DNA of 63,816 bases, counting the filler, from Octopus bimaculoides (taxonomy: Eukaryota): the NCBI RefSeq assembly GCF_001194135.2. It is 5 parts of 5 records of this genome, joined end to end, with 100 filler letters (N's around TTAATTAATTAA, not from the genome) between each part and the next. Parts side by side here need not be neighbours in the genome. Positions count along the whole stretch, not along the records: positions 1 to 28,177 come from NC_068986.1; positions 28,278 to 39,326 come from NC_068988.1; positions 39,427 to 53,646 come from NC_068983.1; 2 more parts are not named here. The stretch is one strand, 5' to 3'. Each line of letters opens with the position of its first letter. Within the stretch, counting starts at the first letter, position 1. A program made the position numbers and the translations under genes. The notes below the pieces were generated by a model, which saw only the letters and a program-made list of their open reading frames with translations, was not told the origin of the DNA and made no database searches. Shown here piece after piece: positions 1 through 39,514 of the stretch.

Positions 1-418
1 ATACACATACTTCTAAAGTAGGCTAAATTTTTTATCCCCCAAAAATTCCATCACAGTGGCCACCATATTAAAATTAATTTAAAATTGTAAATTATAAACA
101 AGGGCACAAGAAAGAATAATTCTATGCCAATATGCTGAGAATAGACTTTAAATCGTCAATCACAACCTTACAATATTCATTCGCTATAAGTACAGGTTTG
201 CAGAGATCGTTGACGGCGAGTTAACAGAATTAAAAAAAATCTTTACCTCTATATTGAATAAATTTAGGGATTAATCCCATTGATTTTGGCCTCTTCAGCA
301 AGGAATACGATAACTTATAAATGAAACACGTACAAGCACCCATGGAAAATAAAAAGAGAAGCAAGAGTTATGTGTACACATAAGTACCTCATTCATATCT
401 AAAGATAGAATCCTTTAG

Positions 419-480
419 CAACTCTCAGCACTTGGGCGATTTGGTCACGAACCACAACATTTCCAATCCCGAAATAAATG
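419..480 (+). CDS. Candidate upstream exon (phase 2 to 1), NSQHLGDLVTNHNISNPEIN
   Basis: Donor AATG|GTAATA at 480/481 is positionally homologous to donor TTTG|GTAAGC at 3341/3342 in cassette copy 2. The acceptor (ctttag at 418) is a guess. Confidence 0.3.
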
Positions 481-859
481 GTAATAAATATACATGTAAT
501 ATAGGATACAGATTTTAGTGTGGAATAAAAGTTGGAATGTTTGGTAGTTTTCCCAATAAGGAGGTTCATTTTTTTTCAATTTTCAGTTTTTAGTTACTAT
601 GATCTTTTGCGTTTAGTTGTGAAACTTTATTTTGTGGAATGTTTTTCTTTAATATGATATTTAACATGTTTCCATGATTCCAAGAGTAGTAGGAGTCCTG
701 GAGAGTTTTGGACTATATTTTTTTAAAGGGAGCAATTGGTTGCAAACTCCCTTAATGGTTCTGTACAGTTGTTAACATACTCAAAATGAACATCCAAATA
801 TCTATCAGTTTCCTCTTCCATTATAAAAGTATATTATATTATCTTACCTTTTTATCTAG

Positions 860-22837
<21,978 letters not shown>

Positions 22838-23049
22838 TGGACACCTCGTCTGCTAGCGATATATTCTTTATTATAATATTTATCGGACATAGAGGGGACA
22901 ATACAGGATATCACAAACAAGAACTGTTCATGGTTTCATAAATGATTTTTTAAAATATGTTGATTTATTTAAATATAATTAAAACTTTTAAACCTTGCCC
23001 TTGAAGTCCACCGGCTACAACGTACAATTTTACGCTTTTAGTTTGGGTA

Positions 23050-24960
23050 GGGGCTTCACTAATATTCCATGCCTAGACAATTTATCACGAACAGGTAAAG
23101 CACTTCTATACAACTGTCAGGTCAGGGATTTCTTGTAGTTATCCAGCTACCTCGGCACGAAAGTTCTTTTGAACAGGTTGGCAAACTAGCCCTCATCGGA
23201 CCCCAGAGTGACTTCTAGGTCGTCATCTCAAATGAACTCTAATAGCCTGCTATAGAATATCGAGGTAGTACTCCCGCTGCCGGCCTTGCTCGCCTTGTGG
23301 ATTAACACGAGTGCCTGTCGGCATGTTTTTTTGCCATTCAGTCAAGTTACGCAGTTTTATGAAACGGGGTTTAAAATACTCGAAGGAGGCCCGTCGCGAA
23401 AGAATGTCTCCGCCAGCGGATTCCACACCCGTTTACCTTCAAAGTAGAGCCAGAGGTGCCTCAGCCTCAGCGCATGTTTTCACATCATCAGTCACGGCAT
23501 CCCTAACTCACCATTTAGCGGTTTTTGGCAGCAGACAGAGCTCCTCACGTATGGTTTTCTTCCCCTTCACAAAAAGCGGAAGAGAAAGCGTTCCAACTTG
23601 CTTAGTCATGAATCAGAGCAAGGAACAAAGGTCAGACGGTAGGTGTTTACAAATGCAATATACATCTGCACCACCTCCACCTTCCCTTTCAGGGATAGCA
23701 CCCTTCGAGATCAGGTCCGTATTAGGGGCCGCCACCCTCTAGGCCACCTCACTCCAATTTTTCTTCGTCTGGGAATCCGGTCCAAACCAGATTCCAATCA
23801 ACTTCAACAGGACCTTCCATCGCGTTCCTCACGACACTAGACGGTATCGTCTTGCCTATCCGGGTGCCGAGCTGCAAGCTGATGGACTAGTCCTTGTTAT
23901 TTTTTTCTCCTACCACAGCCTGGTATCATTTGATAGCATCGTGTACACAAGGTAGCTGAGTTTCATTAGACGCGGTGATGGTGTCGGCATCTGCATATGC
24001 AGAAACAGACTTACCACATCCTAGTTCAGTGGGGATACCCCCCCCCCAACAACAACAACTCTCCAAACTCCGCAGCAATGGCTCAAGAGCCACTACGTAC
24101 AGGAGCGAAAACAGTGGGCACTGCTGACGAACCGAGTGCTTGATGCTAAACAGTACGGACAGGTAACCGATTATCTGGACTGTAGATTTAATACGGCCAT
24201 AAATGGCAGTGATCCAACTACGAAAATCTGGGCCTAGCCCAGCCGTCAAGAGGACTGCCGCCAGATACTGTTGGTCTACCCTATAAAAAGCTTTACTCAG
24301 GTCTAATTGGACCAGTGCCCAACCTTTACCAGATAACTTACACACCTTCTCGGAGGCGTAGTGCACGAGATGGAGTTTGTTATGGATCAACTTGCCTGGG
24401 ATGGCGCATGTCTGCACCCTCCCAACAAGTTTCTCTGCGACACGCGCCAACATCTTAGCTAGTACCTTTTCCAAAATCTTTAACTCTACGTTAAATAGAG
24501 TTATGGGCCTAAAATTGCTAATATGATCTCTCTTGCTCGGGTCTTTTCTGATCAGCGTCACCACTCCTCGTCTCACAGAGCTGGGAATCCTCCCATTCTG
24601 CTACCAGTTTGTGTAGACGTAGGCCTGCCAGTGCCCGAACAAGTCCGAAATGCTACAATGAAATTTATAGGGCAGTCCATCCAGCCCCGGCGATTTGTCC
24701 TTGGAGCACTCAGCCAGCACCTCTTTGACCAGAGCAGCCGCAATCGGTCCTTCACAGTATTCCACCTCCCGTACCGCGAGCCACGCCCATCGGCGAGAAA
24801 AAACAGAGCGAAATGCTGCTGAAAAGCCGTATGCATCTGCTCCTGTCCTTCCATCGAACGCCCCTGTTCGCCGTTAAAGACTTGATAGCGGCTTCTCTGC
24901 CTCTCTGACTCTCAACACAACGTGTCCATCCGGCAACATAAAACCCTGTCTCCCCACCGC
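23050..24960 (-). mobile_element. L1/Tx1-clade LINE ORF2 fragment (RT and C-terminus)
   Basis: KSPGLDGLPYKF, NFRPITLFNVELKILEKVLA, LDLSKAFYRVD, SVRQQCPLFSLLY, AYADAD; frameshifts and stops. Confidence 0.92.
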
Positions 24961-25029
24961 ATGAAGTTTAGCTCTGACTCTGTACACTTCGTGTATGGCT
25001 TTGAGATGACGGTAAACAACCGTTTTCGC

Positions 25030-25600
25030 CGCCACCACTCTGGATGTAGAGCCAAATTACATGGCATCATCTAATTACATAATTAAAGTCCCTTCTATTC
25101 TAGTGTTATCTTGACTTACGAATGGTTCGTTTGAGGGTACACCATCACCTATGATTAATAACGGCGCCGGTTAATGCCATCTGTACTAACTCCTTAACCC
25201 GGGTACGAAAGCTTTTACAAGTCAAAAGACATCTCAAATTCCCGTTACGGAATGTTAAAGGAGGCAGTTTCAGGGTTTCTCGCACGGAAGCCATGGTCCT
25301 GACGATGCGATTTCTGATGGTTTTCAGTGCATGAAGAAGCACGGAGGTATTGAAAATAGCTTTGCTTGTTTGTCTAGGTTTTCCACGTAACTTGCAGCCA
25401 ATATTCCTTAAATCCCTAGCTACCACAGTCTTTTTTCATTAGTGAAAGGTCCTTAAGTAATCGTCTAACCGTGCCCACACCTCGACCTATCTTCACCGCA
25501 ACGACATGAAGAGAGGTGCCTTTAACACTTTCCTTGATGATGACAGACTCTTCTTCATCGTTAAGGCCTTTCCCACGCCCCATTGTTCTTAGAGGGGAGA
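25030..25600 (-). mobile_element. Tc1-like transposase 5' fragment
   Basis: MGRGKALNDEEESVIIKESVKGTSLHVVAVKIGRGVGTVRRLLKD (paired-like HTH). Confidence 0.65.
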
Positions 25601-25769
25601 TACGCTATTGGTGGAGGTATTACTACGTTTACTAAGAGCTGTAGGTAACGCATGCGTAATGATATCAGTGACTGAAAGGAGATAGCTGCATCATACGTAC
25701 GCATATGTGCTCCACCGACTTTGTTTCCTTATAACATTTAGAAAAATGGATATTTTTTATGAAATTTTC

Positions 25770-26200
25770 TACAAGAATGACTGTGTGGTAAGAAATTCGC
25801 TTCCCAACCACATGGTTCCGGGTTTAGTCCCACTGCGTAGCATCTTGGGAAAATGTCCTCTACTATAGCCTAGGACCGACCAAAGCTTTGTGAGTAGATT
25901 TGGTGAACAGAAACTGAAAAAGCCCGTCGTAAATATATATATGTGTGTGTGTGCGTGTCTGTGTGTGTGTATCTGTGCGTGTGTGCATGTGGTTGTGTGT
26001 CTGTGTTTGTCCACCCCACCATCGCCTGACAACCGATGCTGGAGTGCTTACGTCTCCGTGACTCAGCGGTTCGGTATTGGACAACCGATAGAACTGAAAG
26101 AAGCTTGTTGTATGTATATATGTGTATGTGTTCTTGTGTGTCTGTATTTGTCTCCCTACCATTGCTTGACAACCGATGTAGGTGTGTTTACGCCCCTGTT
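25770..26200 (+). mobile_element. tRNA-derived SINE with internal (TG)n
   Basis: gactgtgtggtaaga..ggtttagtcccactgcg head; family shared with 49312. Confidence 0.85.
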
Positions 26201-27993
26201 TTCCGTTATTTTCCTATGTTTTCCGTTATTTGTGTTCGTTCTGCATTCATAATGCATATCTTACCAGCATTCTTCCCACCTGCATGCCAAATGTATACTT
26301 AGGCATATACACTATTTAATATGAGTGAATGACATGAAACCAATTTAAAATATGTTATCTTAAAGATAGTGTGTTTGCACTAGCTGGCGCGCGCACACAC
26401 ACACAAACACACACACACGCACACACACATAACATACAGTGATAGATAGATGTTAAATATTTAAATATACTTATGTATATCAATATTTTATATTTCACAG
26501 TGTACAAGTAGATAAAATTCGCGCAAAAAGCGTTCAACGTTTGCAGGGAGAGAGTCTTGATATGAAAGGAGATACCGTACAGTACGATGAAATTGAACTA
26601 AATGTAAGCTTATTATTCTGTAACTAAATATTTTTCAGTGTTATGCCGACCTAATTAAATTTTCTTGTAAAGGTGATGTGATGGCAGAAATGCTAGCAGC
26701 ATTCTTCTAGCGTTACCTTGTGAATTCAAACTCCAATGAAGTCGACTTTACAATCATTCTTCCAGTTCTAATAAAATAAGCGCTAATTGAGTGCTGGGAT
26801 TAATGTAACGACTTACACTCTCCTTCGAAATTGCTGGTTTGAAGCAATTATTAAATATCCTTGCGAATGCATTAAACTGGTAGAATCGCTCGCTCGTGGA
26901 CAAAATTTTTCGCCTCATTTCATCTGGCTTTACGATGTGAGCTCAAAATCCGTCGGGGTCAGCTTTGCCGTTCGTATTTCCGGAGTTTTGATAAATTAAG
27001 AACCAAGTAAGTTTATAATCAAAAAGGATCCCAAAACCGAGTGTTTCTTTTACTCTTCCAATAATTTACCGAAATGTGTCTTACGTTTATTCAGCGTAAT
27101 ATGGTGGTGATACTACTACCACACACACACACACNNNNNNNNNNNNNNNNNNNNNNNNNNNNNNNNNNNNNNNNNNNNNNNNNNNNNNNNNNNNNNNNNN
27201 NNNNNNNNNNNNNNNNNNNNNNNNNNNNNNNNNNNNNNNNNNNNNNNNNNNNNNNNNNNNNNNNNNNNNNNNNNNNNNNNNNNNNNNNNNNNNNNNNNNN
27301 NNNNNNNNNNNNNNNNNNNNNNNNNNNNNNNNNNNNNNNNNNNNNNNNNNNNNNNNNNNNNNNNNNNNNNNNNNNNNNNNNNNNNNNNNNNNNNNNNNNN
27401 NNNNNNNNNNNNNNNNNNNNNNNNNNNNNNNNNNNNNNNNNNNNNNNNNNNNNNNNNNNNNNNNNNNNNNNNNNNNNNNNNNNNNNNNNNNNNNNNNNNN
27501 NNNNNNNNNNNNNNNNNNNNNNNNNNNNNNNNNNNNNNNNNNNNNNNNNNNNNNNNNNNNNNNNNNNNNNNNNNNNNNNTTAGCTTCTTTCAAGTATATT
27601 ATCCAATTTACGCATTTTAGTTTTAATTTATTAGACTTTGAAATTATTTAGAATTTAAAATTTTTCAGTAAAAGTTTAGAATACAGTTAATTTTTTATTA
27701 TGATTACAGCTAAAAAGATTTTGCTTTTATAAAAGAAACTTAAATACATATTTATATATCTCTTTATTCTATTACTTTTTATTACGCCATATTTTCACGT
27801 GATTTAATTCTAATAAACGCCAAGTTAAAAGTATAACGTATAAAAATCTTAGTTTAAACTAAAGCTTCGATAAGATAAGTATTGCATTTATTTTCAGTAA
27901 TATTGTTAAATGATTTTCTTTTATTTATTGGTAAAATATGTATTTTTATATAAATTCATTTGATAAACATATTTGCCGATATATATACATTGA

Positions 27994-28083
<90 letters not shown>

Positions 28084-28117
28084 CATTAGTATTATTATTA
28101 TTATTATTATTATCATT

Positions 28118-28152
<35 letters not shown>

Positions 28153-31137
28153 TATTGTATTTTGACCTGGCGATTAGNNNNNNNNNNNNNNNNNNNNNNN
28201 NNNNNNNNNNNNNNNNNNNNNTTAATTAATTAANNNNNNNNNNNNNNNNNNNNNNNNNNNNNNNNNNNNNNNNNNNNATATATATATATATATATATATA
28301 CACGCATACATATACATTCATATACATATAGATGCAGATATATACACACACGCACATACATACTCGCATACCTATATATACCTATATAAATGGAGTGTAT
28401 ATAAATGACACAAAGACTAAACAAATTATCGGAAAGTTTATATGCGGATATAAATATCCATATGTATATATACGCACATACACGACCAAACTAAAATAAT
28501 GGGCAAAACAACAAAACAATAACACAGCAATACAATAAAATTGATCGTATATATCTTCTTGCTATGTTGTCGTTAAACGCTGAGATTACGTCTTGAATAC
28601 AGTCTCCGATTACTCACTAAAACTCCTTCACTATACACACAGAACACACTCAAAAATACTATATGCCACGTAACATTGCCTACTAAACAAACATGTTACT
28701 TTAAACTTGCGCACAATACAAAAACTTATACACACTAGTATCACACATACATACACACAGGCAGTGGCGCTTTTTTTCCCAATTCTGTATTTTTCTCCTA
28801 TTTCAGAGCGGTTATTTTTAAGCCATGCAGTGACATTTGNNNNNNNNNNNNNNNNNNNNNNNNNNNNNNNNNNNNNNNNNNNNNNNNNNNNNNNNNNNNN
28901 NNNNNNNNNNNNNNNNNNNNNNNNNNNNNNNNNNNNNNNNNNNNNNNNNNNNNNNNNNNNNNNNNNNNNNNNNNNNNNNNNNNNNNNNNNNNNNNNNNNN
29001 NNNNNNNNNNNNNNNNNNNNNNNNNNNNNNNNNNNNNNNNNNNNNNNNNNNNNNNNNNNNNNNNNNNNNNNNNNNNNNNNNNNNNNNNNNNNNNNNNNNN
29101 NNNNNNNNNNNNNNNNNNNNNNNNNNNNNNNNNNNNATATATATATATATATATATACAAACACGCACACACGTATACGTATACATAAGCAAATGCAGTG
29201 CACAATCTTATATTAAAACACTAATATCATGGCACAAGGTCATTGATATAGAATGAGAACGTATCTCTTTTCCTCTCTCACCCATGCTTACATACACATA
29301 AACTCACTCCCACAGTTAAGTACACCTTTACTTGAATCTCCTGTTAAGCCATCCATCTAACTTACAATTTTGTATACGCCTGATAATAACTCAATATATT
29401 CTATTTTATAATTTTGTTTTCCTTATTTCACTATTCTTATGATTGCTGCAATTAATCTTCCTTGAAACAAAATTGTGTAATACGTATATAACATTGTATA
29501 TCTCATAATTTCTTTAATATAATATTTGTCTTCACTTTTCTGCTACATAATATTTTTATCTATATTATCTGTCCGATATTTATAAATATTTCCTTCTTTT
29601 CCTAACTCACCATCGATGTCTATAAGATTTTCAATGGAATCTTTGGAACTGAAATATTGATGAAAATCATCACGTATGCTAACGCTCCTCCATCCTACCA
29701 CCACCTATGTATGTCTTACCTGACTTTATCTCTCTTTCTTGTTATTCAACATGTGTTTGAAAACATTCCTAAGAGAAAATATAATATAGTTTGTTAAGAG
29801 AGGTAAAAAATAAATAAATGTTTATATTGGACTTATCTAACATTCCGGGGATTTTTGAATTCTAGTGACCCGACATGTCCTTCAAATATGTGTATCTCTA
29901 TTTGCTTCGGTCCACCCATCTGTGAACGTGATATAAACGTTTACTTGGCTTTCTTTAATTTATATTCTTCTTATAATAATATTGTCATTTATCGTCTTCG
30001 CATTAAAAGGTTTCTTGCACTTTAGTAGTAATATAATTATTCTCATTAGTACGTTTATTTCAACTTCACTTTTCAAATTCTGTCGTTAACTTCATCTAAG
30101 TCTTTTTAAAAATCAATTCTTAAATACATTAAACCTAAATATGTATCGAAAAATTTAAACACATAAATTTGTATTTTGTCATTCTTAATTGTGTTTCATT
30201 GTTTTGATTTTACATTAAGTTTGATCAAATCATCATCGCATGTGGAAATATCTAATTAAATTTGTATACAACTTCGAAGGGAAAAGAAAAGAAACGTTCA
30301 AATACATTAAAAAAGTATCTATTTAACAAGAATAAAATTAATCGGATGCTTAAAATCTTAGAATTAATTGACGACCACCAACCTACATTGTAACAAGTGG
30401 TAAAATAGTTGCTTCGCATTGAGTTTTGTTTATTTTACCAGGGAAATGGTTTTAAAAATAATTTAAACGAAATACACATAATTAATTTCGTTCAGATTCA
30501 ATATTTCATTTAATTATTCGCTTATTTACTTTGACCAGTTTTTAATTTAACGATTTACATATTTATACTATAACTTTTAATTTTAATCGAAAATAGAATA
30601 TTACGTTATTGCTATTGTTGCAAAATACTAACTCTTAATATTTTCTCGTACCGAATATTGTGTTCTTATAAAATTCTTAGCAGTATGAAGACTAAAATTT
30701 TTGGAAAGTCAATATTTATATATATATATATATATATGCATTCATTAATTGAATATTAAATAAATGTGCACCTGAATTGCTAAAGATAGCAAAAATTTGC
30801 AGTGAGAAATATGTAGCTTATTTTTTATTTTGCTTTCAATTCATGTTTCAGTTCCATTACATTACAGACATTAATATGACACACGCGTTTTATCGGTGTG
30901 CATTTCCATAAAATTATGCATCTTTATTTCTGTTTCCTGGAACATATATATTTCAAGACTTTGTATATGCATGGAAACTTTCAAAGATATGTCAGTTGTA
31001 TGTTCATGTCATTTCGAAACCTCTTACATCATCATAAGATAATTACTTTCACAAACAACTTTATGAAGGATACTAGATGTAGAATGAAATGATACATATT
31101 TCTGGCAATATATATGCATACACGTATACACACACAT

Positions 31138-31260
<123 letters not shown>

Positions 31261-32659
31261 TAAATATGGTTCTATATTTCTACTAATATATATAGGTGTA
31301 TATATATATATATACGTTTTTCACGAGTAATTCATGGCGTCCATCATATTTGCAACAGTCTCGAAAATACAGTCATACTAAAAGAAGATTGTAGTTATAT
31401 TCCCGCATTGAAAGTCGAATGATGATAAGGCCCCATGTGAAATGTCTATTACAGAATTATCTTAAACATATTCTATAATGAAAACGCGCTCTGCATTGAA
31501 GAATACTTGTAATTGTCATTGTTCAGTGCTAGTCAAACGCTTTCGAACGATCGCTGGTCCCAGTATGTTATACACGTGAACATATATTTGTTTAAAAATA
31601 TAATGTTTCTTCTATATTTGAGAGGGCTTATTTAAGTGTCAAAAGTTGATATTTGTAGTTTATTATAACCCTGTAGACGTTACAATTTGAGTGTCCAATG
31701 TGGTTTACCTCAGTATAAGATATATACCATTAAATTATGTTTATCACTCTTCTAGTTATCAACAAAGACCTGTCGCAGATCTCTGATTTCAATTTCGGAC
31801 AAGATCTAATTTGGTTGTATTCCTTTTGATGTATCCATAGGATTAAGGTTTTTTCGTAGCCTTTATTATGTAGTAATAATTTCAGTCCATGATAAATTAT
31901 GTCATATGTCTACATGAATATCTTGATTTCCATCGTACAATACAAATGTACCTCTACAAATCAATGCAGGTATAGAAGACTACATATTTAGAATAGGACA
32001 TCAGTCTTAAACCAATGCTTCAAGTCTAGATATACATACAAAAGTTTCTTTTTTTACATATACAACGTATAGATAACCGGCACTAGATGAACTAAACTTG
32101 ATATAAATGAAAAATATATTTTACATGTTATGATTTAGTTTAGGGAATTGGCCATCCTCAATATAAACACCCGGCAGGAAATGAGTGGGGGATAAAGTCA
32201 TTTTTTTTTTCAATGGAAGTTTTGAAAAGGTACATATACAAAATATAATGTAATCTACATGAATTCGATAGAGAACAGTCAGTCTCAGATATATTTTTGA
32301 ACAACAATTAATTAAAATAGGGTCCTCAGTGTGGATCAAGTATGGTTAGGAGAATCGCACTAAAGGGGTTCCTGTCGAAAGTGGAGAAAAAAAAAGTATT
32401 GTCTGCTACCAAGGCAAACGGTGCTGTACTAAACTAAACCGAGTACGCTAATTACGAATCGGAACGAAGAATTGCTGTAACACGTCAGAATTTTCAGTTA
32501 CAAGCATAATTATATATTAATACTATATTAGTATCAGGAAGTTCAACTAAATACTTATAATAGTATATTAGTACTATATATAGTATATTTATGTTCAAGG
32601 TCAATAGTATTATCATATAGGGGTACATAGAATATTTATGTTAATGGAATACTCACTTT

Positions 32660-34419
32660 ATTTTTTATATGCTCAGCTTAGAAATGTTTGTGAGACTTGC
32701 TCTTACGCCTGTACGTCGTGCTGGTCTCCCGTTGTAGAAACAAGTAGTAGTCACCTCTTATGTTTGGATTGAACCGACCTTGATACCACGTTTCCATCTC
32801 AGATATGTCCTGATGGAACCTCTCGCCATACTCAGCACTAACATCACCAAGAATCCTGCCACCAAAACATCGAGATGAGAATGCAAGAAGTACATTTTAA
32901 GGGACATTCGGCATCCCATTTTTTCATATGCTTTTAGCATGTTGTTTAATAAATCATCTTATATTTTTCAGCCCTATGATTTCCAAGAACGTTTTGTACA
33001 ACTAACACGAAAACTCCCATGTCGTCAGCTCATCTGGATTAAGTTTACCTCTGAATTTGCTCTCAGATATTGATTCCGTGATCTCGGGTAGAATTAAAAT
33101 GCTTGCTATCAGTTTTTGCGTTACTTTTCTCTGCATCAAATTTTACATTTAGGTACTGGAATCCACAACCATCGTGTATCATTGCCTTTACGAAGGTGAT
33201 GTGAAGGGGCGTAAGGAAGATCTTTTGTGGGTCTACCAGTTAGTATATGCTGCACATTGTACCTAACTATGCGCTCATCTCTTCTAGGTCAGTCATTTAC
33301 AGTGTGATTATTGATGTTGTCGCGGCTGTTCCAAACACACAAGACGAACATATATTTGGTATATCCCAGCTGCCGTTTTAAGGCGAACGAAATCGCCTTT
33401 AAATCCTCATAAATATTGCACTTATGAACTGAATAATTAACTCCTTTGAGAAAGGGTTCCATCGATTTATAAGTGTCTTCCATATCGACAACGTGACCGG
33501 AATGGAAGGTTTTCATTACCATTATGTTACAACACAGCCTTGACGCTAACATTACTCGAGTCTATAAACAATCTCCATTCGTTAGCCGCATGCACACATC
33601 CTAGTTTTTGCATGAATGTATTAACGTCAGTACAGAAACAAGCTTTATTTTGTTGCTTGAAAAAGACCCGTAAGCCTTCATAGCGAGAATAGAAAATGGA
33701 AATGTTCGTACTTTGCTGTAGGAGATTGCGTTGCTGTAGTCCGGATCCCAATACTTCTGCCTTCTCCTTTGACAATGCTACGTCTCTCACTAAATCGTTC
33801 AAATCGTCATGATTAAACTAGCGTGGTTCATTTTTCGTTGATTCAACAGCGTACTCATCGTTGATAGGAGAATCAGGGGTTGTTTATAGTGCTACGTGTC
33901 AAGGTCTTCAGGTGAATCATGTGAGGAAAGCACCGCGACAGGGTTCTCAAAGTCATGTAGGATCAGTTTTATAGCCAGCTTACAATCTGCACACAAACTT
34001 TTTGCTTTAGTTTTCTTTGAGAAACCACTGTTATTAGTCATGCAAAAGTAAAAATCAGAGACATGATTTGTTGGCTCACACCATACCATTGGTACAGGAA
34101 AAGGCATTCCCTACCGTTTTCCATTCAGCCACTGTGTAAGCCTTCAGTAACACACAGTGCAGTATATATGAGGTGCCACCCTCTTGTCTTGGTCCCCAAC
34201 TTTACATCCGAAATAATATTTATTGACAATTCTTATTTGGTGGCAATGTTTTTCCGCTGGTTACGCAGAGTAAAATTTTCCAAAGATATAACAAAAGTTG
34301 TCTGGGTGATACATACAGCCTCTCCTATTCATGATCTAAAACAAGGAACTAAGTTAAAACAGTAATGACAGAGAGAGAGGGGGGAGTGAGGGAGTGAGAG
34401 GGAGGGAGAGAGAGAGAAA

Positions 34420-34451
<32 letters not shown>

Positions 34452-34823
34452 AGAAATACACATACCACACTTGACGGTAGCGCAAACGACACTGAGAGTT
34501 ACCCAGAACAAACTGACGAATTTGACATTTGCATACAACACGTCAGCGCCATCTATTGCTAAACTAAATAATGAACTTTCTCAGCGTTTGTTTTACTGTT
34601 GTTATTTGTTTAATTTTGAATTAACACAGCTTTCATTTTAGCAAATTTTGTAACGGGGCCTATATCTTGCCGAATGTATAGATATAATCTTGCGCATATG
34701 CATATGCATAGCTCAAAATTCTGAAAAAGTAGAACAATTCTGGGTGCGGATTCAGAATCGGCATCCTTCATTTAGTCTAAAACACATACTTTGATCCCAG
34801 TAGCCAAATCTTTGTTGTCTAGT
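32660..34823 (-). mobile_element. CMC (Chapaev3-like) DNA transposon remnant
   Basis: MPFPVPMVWCEPTNH.SDFYFC, QLGYTKY.F.LC.WNSRD, MSLKMYFLHSHLD, and a frameshifted GERFHQDISEMETRYQGRF-like end; terminus resembling (C)ACTAGACAACAAA near 34823. Superfamily assigned from remembered motifs. Confidence 0.7.
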
Positions 34824-34930
34824 TTTATGCCTCTAATATAATGCATGAAATATAACTTGGAATGAAAGTTCGACTTTAAAAATTACTAAGGACACACATA
34901 TCCATACTGCTTCCTTTTTTTCTTTTCCAG

Positions 34931-38282
<3,352 letters not shown>

Positions 38283-39295
38283 TCGATATTTCAATTTAAC
38301 TAAAACCCTGGGGATTAACAGAATCTATTAATGCAGTAATCGTTACGAATTTGCTATTTCCCAGCGGGAACCGAAAGCTTGAGTAAAACTATTCATAAGA
38401 CGATGTCAATGAATAAATAAATATGTAATATAAGCGAATTGCTCAATAAAATAGAAACAGCGATGTGCAGCCTTGTATATGTACGCATATGAGAGTGTGT
38501 ATATTGTACATAGATATTTATATTATAGATATATATATAATACATATAGATATTTATATTCACACACATACATATACAGTACACCATACAATTACACACG
38601 CACGTACATACACTCATAAATACATATACATATACATAAATTTATATATTTATGTATGGATGTATGCATGCATGTATGTATATATTACTATTCATCTTTA
38701 CTGCATTATTATTTCCTTCTGATCGAAGAAAATTGGAAAATTTGGCCTTAAATTTCTAGCGATATTAATGCTCGATTAAATTTTGAGTTTGTGTCATATT
38801 GATTGTAATTTGTGTAATTTAAAACACTCAAAATATACAAATGCTTCAAGATTCTATATGAAACTCTCTGGCAGTCATTGAAATGAAATAGATTTAACAT
38901 CGTGATTTTTCTATCGAATACACAACCATAACTGTGTTTTTGTCACGGTATTTCAATATTTCTGATATGTGTTTGCACTTAGTTGTGTTCCTTACCAAAA
39001 CGTCTCGCGTGCGGTGTAACACTATGTTGCACTTTCCGTGATTTTTAGTGTAACTTGTCACTTGCTCGTAAGAAGAAGTGAACTTCACGACATGCATATA
39101 AGATATTCTTTGTTCAGCAGTTTCATATTTGTAAATGTATGTATATATATATATATACATGAACGGGAACGTGAAACTCAGAGTAACGGTTTTTTTGTTA
39201 TATTTCTGCTGCTTTTAAATAAAGCATATTACTCTACCTCTGGTATTTGAGTACTCTTTTTTCCACTTTGTTGCACATTTCATGTGCTTACTCCG

Positions 39296-39326
<31 letters not shown>

Positions 39327-39514
39327 NNNNNNNNNNNNNNNNNNNNNNNNNNNNNNNNNNNNNNNNNNNNTTAATTAATTAANNNNNNNNNNNNNNNNNN
39401 NNNNNNNNNNNNNNNNNNNNNNNNNNTATATATATATATGTATATATACATACATATATATATATACACGCATATTCACACTCAAAATACGCATATTTAT
39501 TAAATTTATTTTCA

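Noticed and set aside
23311-23742. 143-aa plus-strand ORF
   Set aside because: Antisense shadow of the Tx1/L1 ORF2 C-terminus
28222-28233. TTAATTAATTAA island inside Ns (also 39371-39382, 53691-53702, 61957-61968)
   Set aside because: Identical 12-mer centred in 100-nt gaps with stops in all six frames; a scaffolding pad, not biology
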